Shown in pieces: positions 21,001 to 30,880 of a DNA stretch of 64,000 bases. A model generated the notes under the pieces. That model ran no database searches and was not told the DNA's origin. It was given only the letters and a program-made list of their open reading frames with translations. The DNA is from an uncultured delta proteobacterium (GTDB lineage: Bacteria; Desulfobacterota; RBG-13-43-22), in contig CAWBOS010000012.1 in the NCBI GenBank assembly GCA_963790475.1, positions 1,024,001 to 1,088,000 of the forward strand, written 5' to 3'. Position 1 is the first letter of the stretch. The number at the start of each line of letters is the position of its first letter. Position numbers and translations under genes: made by a program.

Positions 21001-21496
21001 CCTGCTCAATTCCCAGACCGATCTCCAGGTCTGGCGCAAGAAAATTGAACCCACCCAGAAGCTTTATTCCTGGGTGATGAACAATCACTGGGGGACCAAC
21101 TACCGGGCCTTTCAGGAGGGGCCGGTCGTGTTTCGCTACCTGCTGCGTCCCCACCTGGGCTTCAACCCGATCGAAGCCTCGCGGCTGGCCATCGGCCGGA
21201 GCCAACCGCTGATCGCGGTACCGGCCCGGGGACCTGAGCCTTCGGCGAAGCCGCTGCTGCAGGTGGATTCGGATAAGGTCCTGGTAGCTGGTGTGAAGCC
21301 CAGCGACGATGGGAAGGCTTTGATCGTCAGACTTTTCGGGGCCGCAGGCCAGACAGTGAAAACACATCTCTTTTGGAAGGGAACGGGACCGAAAAAGATC
21401 TGGTTGAGTGACACCAGTGAGAGAGGCCGCCGGAAACAACATGGGCCGATCGAAGTGCCGGCCTACGGTCTGGTAACCCTGCGGGTCGAGGGGTGA
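18017..21496 (+). CDS. Glycoside hydrolase family 38 (alpha-mannosidase-like) lipoprotein with an N-terminal beta-sandwich (PL4 domain III-like) module
   Basis: HSHTDVGY metal motif, DIPG, WEDG, EHTWG, NNHWGTN; lipobox LTAC. ATG at 18017 with an AGGAG RBS is preferred over 17858. Confidence 0.8.
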   Translation: MKTELLKSEIGFYFRIKPLFYLFLVQGLILSILLFLTACLPWDRGATQLFWQIGRPDNNNQEFALAPDRSVDYDEDGLFVVGQSDSRTDWPFVHPGPNDRWAGGRSHTFTVLFGVNHPPLSGHCRLILKLIDTHKHHPPRLRVVINGKSFDRDLPSGTGEASINGEPQKGRHSEIKITFPANLLQQGDNEIKFITLSGGWYLYDWVGLYTPVSMAYRPLSARNQVRDILSHHFLREQDDGRFQKIRFQIRHIGEPSPAILRIQGVQPRAVILRRVSEEIEIPVPAVKREKKVRVSVEVEGKQLVDREVILRPIQALKIFILPHSHTDVGYTEIQTTVAEKQVNHLLQGMEYAERTSNYPKGSQFVWNVEVLWAADLFMHRLSAAQRVRFLEAVKKGRVALNGMYLNELTGLCRPEELLRLFQWAPRLAEQGGVPIDSAMQSDIPGATWGTVTAMSEAGIKYFSTAPNYFDRIGETLVRWENRPFYWISPSGREKVLVWIPYKGYALSDLIKKLTPQFLEDYQNRLLRQGYLYDIAYIRWSAVGDNAGPDSAICDFVRDWNTRHHSPRLVIASTHTAFRALELRHGNRLPRVRGDWTSNWEDGAGSSALETAMNRASSDRLAQAEALWAMINPGGFPRAAFDEAWRQVLLFSEHTWGADISVLNPESEKTREQWEIKRSYANQAEKQSRDLLARALENRQGMGLFASSVKWAGKDKYPEPYQEIDVFNTTSWPRTELVTLSKDFPFPGGDRVVDDRGRPVSSQRLKNGELAFIAREVPPLAVRRYRASAGTPFAEGKAAASGTVIENGILHLGLDEKTGGIIDFRIDKVDGNLVDTGSGQGLNEYLYLQGDNPAEARRNGLVKISVKESGPLVASLLIESKAPGCRKLLREVRLTAGFDYAELIDTVDKKRLKAKSYYDRQGKESVNFAFPFNVGQGEIRMDIPWAVIRPEMDQIPGSSKNWLTVGRWADVSNDRFGVTWITLDAPLVEIGGITATLLNSQTDLQVWRKKIEPTQKLYSWVMNNHWGTNYRAFQEGPVVFRYLLRPHLGFNPIEASRLAIGRSQPLIAVPARGPEPSAKPLLQVDSDKVLVAGVKPSDDGKALIVRLFGAAGQTVKTHLFWKGTGPKKIWLSDTSERGRRKQHGPIEVPAYGLVTLRVEG

Positions 21497-21599
21497 TGGT
21501 GATTATTTGGGAGAAAGAGTAAAGAGACCCCTGAAAAATGCCCGCCTTTTGACCGATCTTTCTCGTCAAGCTCAAATTTCAAACCTCGAAATATTCCAT

Positions 21600-22760
21600 T
21601 CAGTCTTTGAAGGCGGTGAGGGGTTCCCGGATCAATTCTCCTTTTGCGAAGCGCTCCAAAGAGAGACAGGAGATATCGATGCCGGGTTTTTCACCCAGGA
21701 TCAGCTCGGCTATGACTTTTCCTACCGCCGGGCTGTGCTGGAAGCCATGGCCGCTGAAACCATTGGCCAGGAAGAATCCTCTCAATCCGGGAAATTCTCC
21801 CAGTATGGCATGGTTGTCGGGAGAGATCTCATAAGATCCGGCCCAGCCGCGGTCTATCTCCGCCTTCTCCATGATGGGTACCCGGTGCATGGAGTTCCGG
21901 GCCACCTCCACCATGGCCTCGTAATCCACGTTCAGGTTAAAGGAAGGGAAATCGTCTTTGGGCCCGGAAATCAACAAACCTGCTCCTTCTCTTCGGAAAT
22001 ACCAGCCCCGGTGAAAGTCGATGACCAGGGGAATGGGATCGGGAATATGGGAGAAAGGCCTGGTGAAGAATAGCTGCCGACGAAAAGGTTGAACCGGGAC
22101 CTCCGCCCCAGCCATTTTGCCTACTTCCCCGGCGAAGGGGCCGGCCGCATTGACTACAACGGGCGAATCGATATCACCCCGAGGGGTCCGAACCCCGGCC
22201 ACCCGGTTACCCTTTTGCAGAATCCGGAGGACCTCGGTCTGCTCATAAATTTTTACCCCGCCTTTCCGCGCCCCCCGGGTGAAGCCGCTCAAAGCTTCAT
22301 AAGGACCGGCATAGCCATCCCAGGTGCAGAAGGTTCCCCCTTTTAGGTCATCGACCCGGAGATAGGGCCAGCGGTATTGGATTTCCTGGGGGGATAGAAG
22401 TTCGACGGGAATTCCGAACCGGTGCTGGAGGTCGGAATTGTTTCGAAATACGGCCCACTCCTCTTCGTCGGCGGCCAGGAACAGGTAGCCGACTTTTTTA
22501 AAGTCAAGCTCAGTGCCCATGATTTCCTGAAAATGGTTCCAGGTGTTGAAACTCTCCAGGGAGAAGCGGATGTTGATCTCGGTGGAGAATTGAGCCCGTA
22601 TTCCACCGGCGCATTTGGCCGTGGACCCTTCACCCAGAAACCCCTTTTCCAGGAGCACGACCCCCCGGGCCTTTTTCCGGGCCAGATGGTAGGCGATGCT
22701 GGTGCCGATGATCCCGCCGCCGATAATAACAATGTCCGCCGTTTTTTCCAATCGATTCAT
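21600..22760 (-). CDS. FAD-dependent amine/amino acid oxidoreductase (DAO/sarcosine oxidase beta-like)
   Basis: IIGGGIIG, GSTAKCAGGIR, VVNAAG, GFSGHGFQHSP. Confidence 0.9.
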   Translation of the reverse strand: MNRLEKTADIVIIGGGIIGTSIAYHLARKKARGVVLLEKGFLGEGSTAKCAGGIRAQFSTEINIRFSLESFNTWNHFQEIMGTELDFKKVGYLFLAADEEEWAVFRNNSDLQHRFGIPVELLSPQEIQYRWPYLRVDDLKGGTFCTWDGYAGPYEALSGFTRGARKGGVKIYEQTEVLRILQKGNRVAGVRTPRGDIDSPVVVNAAGPFAGEVGKMAGAEVPVQPFRRQLFFTRPFSHIPDPIPLVIDFHRGWYFRREGAGLLISGPKDDFPSFNLNVDYEAMVEVARNSMHRVPIMEKAEIDRGWAGSYEISPDNHAILGEFPGLRGFFLANGFSGHGFQHSPAVGKVIAELILGEKPGIDISCLSLERFAKGELIREPLTAFKD

Positions 22761-22818
22761 TCCCTTTGCTTTTCCGATTCCCTAACCCGGACAAGCCGGA
22801 ACCAAATTTGGTAGGATC

Positions 22819-22933
22819 GTAAAAAGTCGCCGAAACAGCTTTTCAGTCATTCCGGCGAAAGCCGGAATCCAGGATTTTCAGAAACCTATCATTTTCCTGG
22901 ACACCGGCTTCCGCCGGTGTGACGACTTTTTAC
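22819..22933. repeat. GTCATTCCGG-family palindromic repeat, copy 1
   Basis: GTCATTCCGGCGAAAGCCGGAATCCAG...CTGGACACCGGCTTCCGCCGGTGTGAC inside a GTAAAAAGTCG/CGACTTTTTAC outer inverted repeat. Confidence 0.85.
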
Positions 22934-23031
22934 TGGATCATGACATTTAATAAATTTTATCCAATTTGAAAAGAATTTAAGTCGTTAGTTACTAATAATT
23001 ATGGGAAAGGACAGGGTCAGCTTCTGCGTGA

Positions 23032-23466
23032 CTAAAAAGTTCCCAATTGACAGGAACCAATCTTAATTCTTAAGTTCTCACAGGCAGAGGTGATTTCTTT
23101 CTTGGCCATTTTGAATTTCACCGCGATCTCCCAGGCCGAGGCACAGGAGAGTTTCCCCTTAACCAGGGAGGCCCGTATGACCTCTTCCAGGGCCGGTGAT
23201 ACGGTTTCCGCCGCCGTGACCGCCTTATCGGGAGGGCCATATCCGAAAAGACCAAGCTGGCATTTAAAGATGGGTATCTCAAGCAAATCGATGGTAACCC
23301 CTACTTCACCGGGCGTTACTTTTAATTTGCCGACTACTTTAAAGGCGGCGGTACAGGATATTTTATCGTCCTTGATTTCCTGTTTCACGGCCTCGGCGAT
23401 TGCCGGATTCAATTTGAGTTCCGGTGCCCTTTTTTTCGCATACTTTCCTTTGTCGGTGTGGGTCAT
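23032..23466 (-). CDS. Hypothetical protein with two tandem ~60 aa Cys-containing repeats
   Basis: KISCTAAF...KCQLGLF and KLSCASAW...SCQLGTF; ATG at 23466 with a GGGAGG RBS. Confidence 0.8.
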   Translation of the reverse strand: MTHTDKGKYAKKRAPELKLNPAIAEAVKQEIKDDKISCTAAFKVVGKLKVTPGEVGVTIDLLEIPIFKCQLGLFGYGPPDKAVTAAETVSPALEEVIRASLVKGKLSCASAWEIAVKFKMAKKEITSACENLRIKIGSCQLGTF

Positions 23467-23572
23467 GGATTTCCTCCCGTTAGTATTTTCTCTATTTTTG
23501 AAATCAATTTCCTTCCGGCAGATTATCTTTTTTCCGGCCGAAATAAGAATTGTTATTATTGTCAATAGTCCC

Positions 23573-24376
23573 CTATCGGCCAGCCTTTCTTCGGGCAAAA
23601 TCTTCCACCGCTTTGGAAAATTCCGGGGTAAAGACCGAGATACTCTGGTTGCGGTCTTCGAGGTTTATGGCCGCCGCTAAAGACGGGGCGGTGAGGTTCT
23701 GATTTAAAGCCTCTTTGGTCAGTCTAAGAGCAGTGGGGCTTTTTTCTTTCATGAGCCTGGCGTGGGCTAAAGCGGTCTCCAAAAGTTTCTCCTCCTCAAC
23801 CACCCTGTTGACCATTCCGATTTGTTGCGCTTCGTAGGCATCAACGGTGCGGCCGGTGAGCAATATTTCGGCGGCCCGGATGGAACCCACGGCCTTCTGC
23901 AGGAAAAAGGTGCTCCCCAGTTCTCCCCCTGAAAGACCGATATTTATAAAAGAGGGGGTAAAGGCGGCCTTGGAAGTGGCGAAAACCGCATCGGAGGCCA
24001 GGGCCAGACACATTCCGCCTCCTGCCGCCGGGCCGTTGACCGCACTGATGACCGGCTGGGGAATGGCCCGGAGGCGGGTTATGATGGATGAAAACCTTTT
24101 TTGCACTTTAAAAAGGTGAGTAGCCGCGTTTTGATGGTGCTGGGCGGCCTCGGCCTTCGAGCGCTCGTCTTTTAGATCGGCCCCGGCACAAAACCCCCGG
24201 CCCGCACCGGTCAGGATTATTACCCTGACGGTGGGAGAGTCCTCAAGTTCGTCGTACAGTCGGTGCAACTCATCGAGCAGGTTGAGGCTCAGGGCGTTTA
24301 GACGGGCGGGGCGGTTGAGGGTAATTAACCCGATGCCGGGTTCGATTTCCGTGAAAATAAGGGTGTCAAAGTCCAT
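23573..24376 (-). CDS. Enoyl-CoA hydratase/isomerase family protein
   Basis: LNRPARLNAL, GFCAGADL, NGPAAGGG; ATG at 24376 with an AGGAG RBS. Confidence 0.92.
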   Translation of the reverse strand: MDFDTLIFTEIEPGIGLITLNRPARLNALSLNLLDELHRLYDELEDSPTVRVIILTGAGRGFCAGADLKDERSKAEAAQHHQNAATHLFKVQKRFSSIITRLRAIPQPVISAVNGPAAGGGMCLALASDAVFATSKAAFTPSFINIGLSGGELGSTFFLQKAVGSIRAAEILLTGRTVDAYEAQQIGMVNRVVEEEKLLETALAHARLMKEKSPTALRLTKEALNQNLTAPSLAAAINLEDRNQSISVFTPEFSKAVEDFARRKAGR

Positions 24377-24531
24377 AAATCTTCTCCTTACCAATAATGT
24401 TAGGCCTGAAAAAGTGTAACACTTTAACCTTATGAAAAAAAATATCTGTCTAAAAAAGTTTTTGAACTATTCATCCGAAAATATTATTTCCGGAGAATAT
24501 TAGATAGAGACTTTTTCTTCTATTCATTCGC

Positions 24532-25758
24532 TTAATGGGTCAGGTCCTCAACTCCCATTTTTCTCGATGGCAAGACTATTGTTGCCGTTCCGTTCGGAAT
24601 CATAAAGTTGCCGTCATGATCCTCAGCGGTAATTACTAGGTCGATCAGGTGTTTCCTTTGCTGCACATATTTTTTGACCACCTTACCCTTACACAAGGCC
24701 AGGGAATCCCGATACAAGACCCCGCGAAGCTGGTCTCCCATCTTCTTGATGAATCCGTCGTCACCCATCCAGTTGGAAATCATGCGCCCCAGCCAGGCCC
24801 GGATTTGCATGCCCAGACAGTTGGCCCGCGGCATGCCCAGCCGTTGGGCGGCGGCATCGGCCAGATGCCAATGGGTGAAATCGGGCAGACCGCTCTCCGG
24901 ATCGATCATATTCTTCCAGGTGTCCCGGTTGTGGGCCATAAATGTCCGCCAACTGACGCTTTTGCCCATGGCGGCGGAATAGGCGATTGCTTCAGCCTGG
25001 GTAAAGACGTGATGTGTCGGCGGAAGCTCGTCCCCTTCATTGACGTCCTCCCAGAAGAGGGGATTCCCGCCCCGGATTTTTTCTTTTTCCGCCCGTTCAA
25101 ACCAATTTTCCACTTCAGGGCTGGAAAAGCGGCGAAATTGAGGCGGTTTCCCAACCTGTACCTTATCCGACGAAGGCTTTCTCAGCACTACGGCTATTCC
25201 GGCGATATCCACAACGGCCACTACTTCACCCCGTTGATTTGTAAAGACGCGGTTTCCATTAACCAGAAATTGTAAGGCGGTATTCTCTCGGGTTATGTCC
25301 CTGACCGATGTAGGATATTCAAACACCGAAAACCTGTCGTCCTCCCGTATGATTTTAAACCATTCCACCGAAACCCCGGCGTCGACTCGGGCGACGTGAA
25401 AATCCAGATCCTCCGCCGCTTTGGCGATTCCGGAATAGGGGGCGATGGCCCCCAGGAACTGAGGGGGTGCGATGATGCCGCCGTAGCGGCTGTTCTTTAC
25501 ATAATCCCGGTTGCAATACAAGGGATTGATATCACCAATGGCATCACAAAACTGTCGGATGGCGTCTTCGGTGGCCACCCGGCGCGTCATCCTGTAAGCA
25601 CCCATCTTATAACCGGTTTCCGGGTCGGGACCGTCGACCGTCACCGGCCGCGGCTTTCCCAATTCAAGTTTCGATTCAATTTCGGCGATGATTCTTTCCC
25701 TTATTTCTTTATCACCTTTGGCTCGCTTAATTTCTTCCTCCGTCATATATCTCTTCAT
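24532..25758 (-). CDS. Double hot-dog MaoC/FAS1-like dehydratase
   Basis: IRQFCDAIGDINPLY...GGIIAPP; second domain FWEDVNEGDELP...HWH...NWMGDDG. Confidence 0.85.
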   Translation of the reverse strand: MKRYMTEEEIKRAKGDKEIRERIIAEIESKLELGKPRPVTVDGPDPETGYKMGAYRMTRRVATEDAIRQFCDAIGDINPLYCNRDYVKNSRYGGIIAPPQFLGAIAPYSGIAKAAEDLDFHVARVDAGVSVEWFKIIREDDRFSVFEYPTSVRDITRENTALQFLVNGNRVFTNQRGEVVAVVDIAGIAVVLRKPSSDKVQVGKPPQFRRFSSPEVENWFERAEKEKIRGGNPLFWEDVNEGDELPPTHHVFTQAEAIAYSAAMGKSVSWRTFMAHNRDTWKNMIDPESGLPDFTHWHLADAAAQRLGMPRANCLGMQIRAWLGRMISNWMGDDGFIKKMGDQLRGVLYRDSLALCKGKVVKKYVQQRKHLIDLVITAEDHDGNFMIPNGTATIVLPSRKMGVEDLTH

Positions 25759-26577
25759 AATTTTTGGACCTTTGCCCCACTAAAATGGGGACCTCTCTTA
25801 AGGAAATGCTGACTTCACCAATAGGGGTAGCTCGATGCTCAAAAAGAAAAAAAGTTGAAAACGGAAAATATCAAGATAATTACAAGTAAATAATGAGGAA
25901 AAGGGGGGAAGTCAAGGGGAAAAAGTTTTACTGATCTCAGTGGATCCGGACATATCTCTGGTTATTACAATGACGAAGTAACTTACAGGTTTGCCTGAAT
26001 TAAATTCACACAAAAATCAACAGGCCAGCTCTTTTTCGAAAGCGGTTGGGAAAAACTTGATAACAGGATGATATAATTATCATAAAAGTTATAATAGCGT
26101 TTAGTACCCAATGGGCCTTCCTGAATCCTATTCCGGTTAATCTAATAATCCCCCTATTTATTTAAAAAAGGGACTAAAACATCCCCAAGCCAATACCGTC
26201 GGTTTGGAAGAAACTTGAGGCCATCTTCTCGGTCAGCGGTTTGCGTCCGGGTCATTTCAAATCCGAACTTACATTAGCCTCTTTTAAACAAAAAATTACA
26301 TAATATAAATATGTTAACATTGGTTATCACTCCCGGATAACAGCGAGGCAAGTTCTTATTGGAGAAGGGTTTTCTTCGTCTGCGACCAATGGGGGGTCTC
26401 CGGATTATTTCATTCTTTGTGAATTTCATTCAATTAAATTTTTCTTATTGACTTAAATTTACAGCTATGGCTTAGTTAATAACCGACTTTGAATCATACG
26501 ATCTTAAGGTTTGGTTATTTCTTTCAGGCCACCTTTGGCTCCACCTTCCGAATCGATTGACTGGACAGGACCTCTTA

Positions 26578-27828
26578 ATGTCTTTCAAAGATGACCCAAT
26601 CGGCAGCCTTCTCCCCCAGCCACTCAAAACCCCTGAGCCCGACAATCGGCTCCGGATCCTCTTGTCGGCAGAAGAAATCATCTCTGAAAAAGGCTTTAAC
26701 GAGGTGACCATTTCGGAGATAGCCCGCAAGGCCGGCGTAAAAGACTCAATCATCTATCGTTATTTTAAGGGTAAAGAGGATTTACTTTTTTCGATCCCGG
26801 AAGAGAGGTTGAAGATAGGCCTTTCCCTATTAGACCGGGATCTCCAGGGAATCATCGATCCTAAAAGTAAGCTGAGAAAACTGATATGGGCCTATCTGTG
26901 TTACCACAACGTCTATTCGGCCTATGCCCGAATTCTCCTTTTTGAATGTCTTTCTTCCACGGGATTCTATTCCACCCCGGCCTATCAACTGGTTTTGCAA
27001 TATGCCAACCGTATCTCCAGCGTCCTGGAACAGGGGGTGCAAGAAGGAAAATTCCGCAATGATGCCTCCCTGACCGCCATGGGAGAAATCATCCATGGGA
27101 CTCTGGATATGAACTCCATCAGTTTTCTGGTGTTAGGGGAAACGGCCAACCCCCTTTCCGATTTTGAGGACACGGCCGCACTGGTTGAACGCATGATTGC
27201 TCCCCGACAGGAAAAACCCACATCCAATTCGGGAAAAATATCCAGTATTTTGGATGCCGCAGAAAAGGTTTTTGCTCAAAAGGGATTTAATAAAGCGAGG
27301 ATGACGGAAATTGCCAAACAGGCGGGTGTGGCCGACGGAACGGTGTACGAATATTTTAAAAACAAGGACGATCTGTTTTTCTCCATACCGAAGAGACGGT
27401 TCGAACAATACCTGGGTGACATGACAGAGATCTTTGGCAAAAGTTCTCCGGTTCGAAAACTGAAAGAGATCATCCACTATCACTTCTCAACCTGTCTGGC
27501 CGATCGGCATTTCACAAAAATTTTTGTTTTTAATCTCATTTTTAATAAGAACTATTACCAATCGAAGGTTTTTGATTCCTTCCGAAACTTTTATGGACAA
27601 GTAGAAAAGGTCATCGAAGAGGGTAAGACCGAAGGATCCTTTAACTCCGAAGTGAATCCGAGGGTATTTCGAAATATGTTTCTGGGTACCTTCTACTATC
27701 TGATGCTGCGCTGGCTTGGGGGACCCGCGATGACCAAAGCGGGTGTGACCAAGGAGATCAATCAGGTCATTGATCTGCTGTTGGACGCTGTTATAACAGA
27801 CAAACCGAGAGGAGGATCGGTTGAATAA
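26578..27828 (+). CDS. Transcriptional regulator with two tandem TetR/AcrR units
   Basis: Two HTH motifs: EIARKAGVKDSIIYRYFKGKEDL and EIAKQAGVADGTVYEYFKNKDDL. Confidence 0.92.
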   Translation: MSFKDDPIGSLLPQPLKTPEPDNRLRILLSAEEIISEKGFNEVTISEIARKAGVKDSIIYRYFKGKEDLLFSIPEERLKIGLSLLDRDLQGIIDPKSKLRKLIWAYLCYHNVYSAYARILLFECLSSTGFYSTPAYQLVLQYANRISSVLEQGVQEGKFRNDASLTAMGEIIHGTLDMNSISFLVLGETANPLSDFEDTAALVERMIAPRQEKPTSNSGKISSILDAAEKVFAQKGFNKARMTEIAKQAGVADGTVYEYFKNKDDLFFSIPKRRFEQYLGDMTEIFGKSSPVRKLKEIIHYHFSTCLADRHFTKIFVFNLIFNKNYYQSKVFDSFRNFYGQVEKVIEEGKTEGSFNSEVNPRVFRNMFLGTFYYLMLRWLGGPAMTKAGVTKEINQVIDLLLDAVITDKPRGGSVE

Positions 27829-27899
27829 ATCTAAATGGATCCCTTTGCTCAAATTTAAAAAAAACAATATTTAGAAATCTACCAGGCGGGAGGGCCAAT

Positions 27900-29486
27900 A
27901 TGGCGGAGGAATCTCAATTGAAATACGTCTATGATCTCATTGCCCATCAAGGGAAGACCCTGGGCGATAAACCTTATATTTTACATGAGGACCGGAAGGT
28001 CAGTTTTGCCGAATATGATCGGGCTACCTGCCGGGCGGCCAACGGGTTGAAGGCCCAGGGAGCCCAAGCCGGTGACGGGATGGCCATTCTCATGGGGAAT
28101 TGCCCGGAATATCTTTTTCTGTTTTACGGTCTTCCCCGGGCCGGGTTTTATTCCGTGCCCGTAAATGCGGCCCTCAAAGGGGAGGGACTGGCTTATATCT
28201 TAGAAAATTCGGACGTGAAATACCTGGTTGTGGATGATGTCCTTTATCCCAAGATCATCGAAATCGGACGTCCTTTGAAGTCCCTCAAAAAGATCTTTGT
28301 CCGTCGAACGACCGATGCCCCCCTGCCACCCGGGACCATAGATCTGACTGACCTTTTAGCGGCCTCGGATGAAAGACCGAATCATGTGATCGAGCCCACG
28401 GCCATTACCCATCTCATGTACACTTCGGGGACCACGGGGTTCCCCAAAGGCGTGGTGAACCGGACCGGACCGGGCGGCATCGACAGGATGATTGCCTTGG
28501 CCAAGGTTTTAACTGTGCCGACAGATATCCTTTATACCGCCTTACCCCTTTTTCACGCCAACGCCCTAAGCCTGACTGCCGGTTTTTCCATGGGTGCGGG
28601 TTTGCCTTTTGGATTGGACAAGAAATTCACCGCCTCCGGCTTTTGGGACAGAATCCGGTTTTACGGGGCCACCCAGTTCAATGGTCTGGGGGCCATGATT
28701 CCCATCCTGATGAAGCAACCGGAAAGACCTGATGATGCCGACAACCCGGTCCGCCTGGTGATCTCAGCCGCCTGCCCGGCCAACCTCTGGGAAGCTTTTG
28801 AGAAAAGGTTCAACCTGAAAATATGGGAAGCCTACGGGGCGGTTGACGGTGGAGGACTGCTGATTTTTAATTTCGGCAACGCACCGGTAGGGTCTGTAGG
28901 AAAAGTAATGGGCGAAACCGACTGGAAACTGATCGATGATGAGGGAAATGAGGTCCCCCAGGGTGAGATCGGCGAACTGGTCACCCGATCACGTATTCCA
29001 ACGAACAGAGTGGTCGAGTATTATAAAAACCCGGAAGCTTCACAGAAAAAAGTTAAAGAGGGATGGGTCTATTCCGGCGATTATTTTTATGCCGATAAAG
29101 ACGGGAACCTGTTTTTTACCGATCGGAAGAGTGATTCCATGCGCCGCCGGGGTGAGAATATTTCCTCTTTTGAAGTGGAAAGCATTATTGAAAAATACCC
29201 GGATGTTGAAGTCTGCGCCGCCTTCGGTGTCCCTTCGGAGCTGGGAGAAGACGAGGTGATGATCTGGGTGGTACCCAAGCCGGGGGCCAAGCTCGACCTC
29301 AAGGATCTCATCCGCCACTGCGCCGAGAATATGGCCTATTTCATGGTGCCGAGATACATCGATATCGTAAACGAGATTCCAAGAACGGAGACCTTGAGGA
29401 TCATTAAGACCCAGATGAAAAAACAGGGTGTTACCGAAAAGACCTGGGACCGGGAAAAAGAGATGCCGGATTTGAAGCTGAAATAA
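27900..29486 (+). CDS. Acyl-CoA ligase (CaiC-like AMP-binding enzyme)
   Basis: MYTSGTTGFPKG, LPLFHANA, EAYGAVD, RRRGENISS. Confidence 0.92.
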   Translation: MAEESQLKYVYDLIAHQGKTLGDKPYILHEDRKVSFAEYDRATCRAANGLKAQGAQAGDGMAILMGNCPEYLFLFYGLPRAGFYSVPVNAALKGEGLAYILENSDVKYLVVDDVLYPKIIEIGRPLKSLKKIFVRRTTDAPLPPGTIDLTDLLAASDERPNHVIEPTAITHLMYTSGTTGFPKGVVNRTGPGGIDRMIALAKVLTVPTDILYTALPLFHANALSLTAGFSMGAGLPFGLDKKFTASGFWDRIRFYGATQFNGLGAMIPILMKQPERPDDADNPVRLVISAACPANLWEAFEKRFNLKIWEAYGAVDGGGLLIFNFGNAPVGSVGKVMGETDWKLIDDEGNEVPQGEIGELVTRSRIPTNRVVEYYKNPEASQKKVKEGWVYSGDYFYADKDGNLFFTDRKSDSMRRRGENISSFEVESIIEKYPDVEVCAAFGVPSELGEDEVMIWVVPKPGAKLDLKDLIRHCAENMAYFMVPRYIDIVNEIPRTETLRIIKTQMKKQGVTEKTWDREKEMPDLKLK

Positions 29487-29504
29487 GAACAGTCGTCTTT
29501 TCCT

Positions 29505-29580
29505 GTCATTCCGGCGAAAGCCGGAATCCAGTTTTCCTGATACTAATGATCCTCTGGACCCCGGTTTCACCGGGGTGGCG
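29505..29580. repeat. GTCATTCCGG-family palindromic repeat, copy 2
   Basis: GTCATTCCGGCGAAAGCCGGAATCCAG...CTGGACCCCGGTTTCACCGGGGTGGC. Confidence 0.85.
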
Positions 29581-29629
29581 TTTACGGACAATCTTTTGTT
29601 AATTTCTTAAATCTAAAGGAGGTTAAATT

Positions 29630-30865
29630 ATGAGTTATCTTGAATTGGATCTTACGTTGAGTGATGAAGCCAAGGCTATGCAGGAAACTGTTCGGAAATT
29701 CGGTATGGAGGTTATGCGGCCGGCAGGCATTGCTTTAGACAAATTACCTGATCCGGCCGAGGTGATTGCCAAAGGATCACCGCTTTGGGATGTGATTCGG
29801 ACCTATCGTGAACTGGGGATCCATAAGAGGGGTATTCCCAAGGCCTTTGGCGGGATGGCCGAAGATATGGACCCGAAAGCCGGGGCCTTGATGGCCCAGG
29901 AAATGGGTTACGCCGATGCCGGGTTGTCCATTAGTCTGGGGGTCGGTGGTTTTCCCATAACCTTTGCCATGATGTCTCCGGAACCGGAATTACAGCAGTT
30001 GGTTCGGGATTATTGTGAGGACACCAAAGGTGAAATCATCGGCTGCTGGGCGATTACCGAACCCGATCATGGATCGGACTGGATTTTAGGGATCCACCCT
30101 AAATTTGCCGATCCCAAGTGCGGCCCCAGTGTCAAGGCGGTCCTGAAAGGTGACGAGTATATCCTCACCGGTCAAAAATCAGCCTGGGTCAGTAACGGCA
30201 CCATCGCCACCCATGCCGCCCTCCATGTCTGTCTGGACCCGTCCAAAGGCATGCAAGGCACCGGGCTGGCCGTAGTTCCCCTCAATCTGCCGGGTATCAC
30301 CAGAGGTAAGCCTCTGGACAAGATCGGCCAGCGGGCTCTGAACCAGGGAGAGATTTTCTTTGAGGAAGTGAAATTGCCCAAGAAATATATGGTTATATCC
30401 GATGGGGCCATGATGTCGGCTATAACCAAGATGATTCTGGTCAGCGCCAACAGCGGCATGGGGTTAAGCTTTGTCGGCCTGGCCCAGGCGGCTTATGACG
30501 AGGCCTTACGATATGCCAAGGAGAGGGTCCAGGGCGGGGTGCCCATTTTTGAGCACAAGAACATCAAGCTGCAACTGTTCAATATGTTTATCAAGGTGGA
30601 GGCGGCCAGGGCCTATGCCCGCCGTATGGGTCTTTATAATGTGGCCATGGCTCCCAACGGATCCGCTCCCCATGCTATTGCCTCCAAGATTTTATCTACC
30701 AATACCGCTTTTGAGGTAGCCAACGAGGCCGTTACTATCTTCGGCGGTGTAGGACTGACCAAGGAATATCTGATTGAAAAATTGTTCCGGGATGCCCGGG
30801 CGGCCATGATCGAGGACGGGGAAAACAACGCCCTGGCCTTGAGCGGTGCGGAGGATTTAATTTAA
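29630..30865 (+). CDS. Acyl-CoA dehydrogenase family protein
   Basis: WAITEPDHGSD, GQKSAWVSNG, ERVQGG, FGGVG, RDAR. Confidence 0.92.
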   Translation: MSYLELDLTLSDEAKAMQETVRKFGMEVMRPAGIALDKLPDPAEVIAKGSPLWDVIRTYRELGIHKRGIPKAFGGMAEDMDPKAGALMAQEMGYADAGLSISLGVGGFPITFAMMSPEPELQQLVRDYCEDTKGEIIGCWAITEPDHGSDWILGIHPKFADPKCGPSVKAVLKGDEYILTGQKSAWVSNGTIATHAALHVCLDPSKGMQGTGLAVVPLNLPGITRGKPLDKIGQRALNQGEIFFEEVKLPKKYMVISDGAMMSAITKMILVSANSGMGLSFVGLAQAAYDEALRYAKERVQGGVPIFEHKNIKLQLFNMFIKVEAARAYARRMGLYNVAMAPNGSAPHAIASKILSTNTAFEVANEAVTIFGGVGLTKEYLIEKLFRDARAAMIEDGENNALALSGAEDLI

Positions 30866-30880
30866 AATCAAAAAAAACCC

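Noticed and set aside
18017-21496. Functional link between the GH38 mannosidase-like gene and the MMP-like cluster
   Set aside because: They are 34 kb apart, and the GH38 is an exported lipoprotein on a separate insertion; there is no evidence beyond a shared sugar theme.
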